Shown here in pieces: positions 63,379-64,000 of a stretch of DNA of 64,000 nucleotides (positions within the stretch are counted from its first letter, which is position 1; each line of letters starts with the position of its first letter). The position numbers and the translations under genes are program-made. The notes under the pieces are model-generated. The model was not told where the DNA came from, ran no database searches, and saw only the letters and a list, made by a program, of their open reading frames with translations. The stretch covers positions 160,001 through 224,000 of the forward strand of contig CAWIYV010000007.1 of assembly GCA_963840455.1 (NCBI GenBank), given 5' to 3'. Source of the stretch: Nitrospirota bacterium. Its GTDB lineage: Bacteria > Nitrospirota > UBA9217.

Positions 63379-63663
63379 TAAACCAGGAAAGGTCTAAGGT
63401 GGAAGGCTGTAGGAGAGGGATAGCGTAATTATTGTCTGACCTTGGTACCCTGTATCCTGTCTCTTCTCCTTCCATCCATAAATGATTTTTATAGCGCCTA
63501 TGAATGATTTAATGGAGAGATTTTTAATTTTTCTTGACAGAATCTCTATCATTATAATAACATAGCGACCGATTCAAAATACAACACCGCGATTGCATAA
63601 CGCACTGATAATGTTGCCATAATGGTCGGTATGCCTGGTAACTAAGGAGGATAAGCACAGGAA

Positions 63664-64000
63664 ATGACACAGCGGTATTCATTATTACTTATCACTGCCC
63701 TTGTTGTGGTTTTGACCGCGGGTTTTGCACACGCAGCGTCTGATGCTGTTCCGGCTGCGCCGGTCGGTCATGCCGATCCTCATGCCTCGACCGCGACAAC
63801 GGCTCCTGTTACGCCCGAAGCGCCCAGGTCCACGGTGCCCTGGTGGGTCTGGCCGCTGGCGCTGTTCATCGTGACCTTCATCCTGGGCATCCTTGCGGTG
63901 CTCGGCGGTGTCGGAGGCGGCGTGCTGTTCGTGCCTATCGTCGGCGGGTTCTTTCCCTTCAACATCGATTTTGTGAGAGGCGCGGGCCTTCTGGTAGCCC
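63664..64000 (+). CDS. TauE/SafE (TSUP) family transporter, 5' part
   Basis: AAGGAGG upstream; signal-like N terminus, then LGILAVLGGVGGGVLFVP; runs off the window. Confidence 0.75.
   Translation, partial: MTQRYSLLLITALVVVLTAGFAHAASDAVPAAPVGHADPHASTATTAPVTPEAPRSTVPWWVWPLALFIVTFILGILAVLGGVGGGVLFVPIVGGFFPFNIDFVRGAGLLVA

Noticed and set aside
1-64000. CRISPR array, tRNA/rRNA, integrase or transposase
   Set aside because: No regularly spaced repeats with unique spacers, cloverleaf structures or recombinase motifs were recognised. The short periodic arrays have only 3-4 contiguous units.

Overview
GC-rich bacterial chromosomal window. Gene content suggests an anaerobic or microaerobic Nitrospirota- or Desulfobacterota-like organism (inference). 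In order it contains: an EamA transporter (cut by the window edge); ntrB-ntrC; a full nuoA-N complex I operon with two non-nuo inserts (a stand-alone cNMP-binding protein between nuoD and nuoE, and a beta-barrel outer-membrane protein between nuoL and nuoM); a short class II RNR (nrdJ); a Crp/Fnr regulator; and a ~21 kb nitrogen-assimilation island (25.4-46.2 kb). The island encodes five glutamate-synthase FMN-domain proteins, two near-identical NrpR repressors and three copies of a CGGCAAT-N2-ATT(G/T)CCG palindrome just downstream of sigma70-type promoters. The best candidate for an undescribed system is the putatively NrpR-controlled operon mvhD-metV-metF + degenerate GltB2 + intact GltB2 + GATase/GXGXG fusion (31.65-39.5 kb). 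It has no GltD or HdrABC, so methylene-THF reductase appears to be genetically coupled to a glutamate-synthase-like enzyme. After the island come a small accessory stretch with a diverged duplicate of the selB 3' end, then selB-selA, a Tat metallophosphoesterase, rnr, a PaaI thioesterase, glnE, a lipid A acyltransferase and the start of a TauE/SafE transporter. No rRNA, tRNA, CRISPR array, transposase or integrase was recognised. All calls are motif recognition by eye; no database searches were run.
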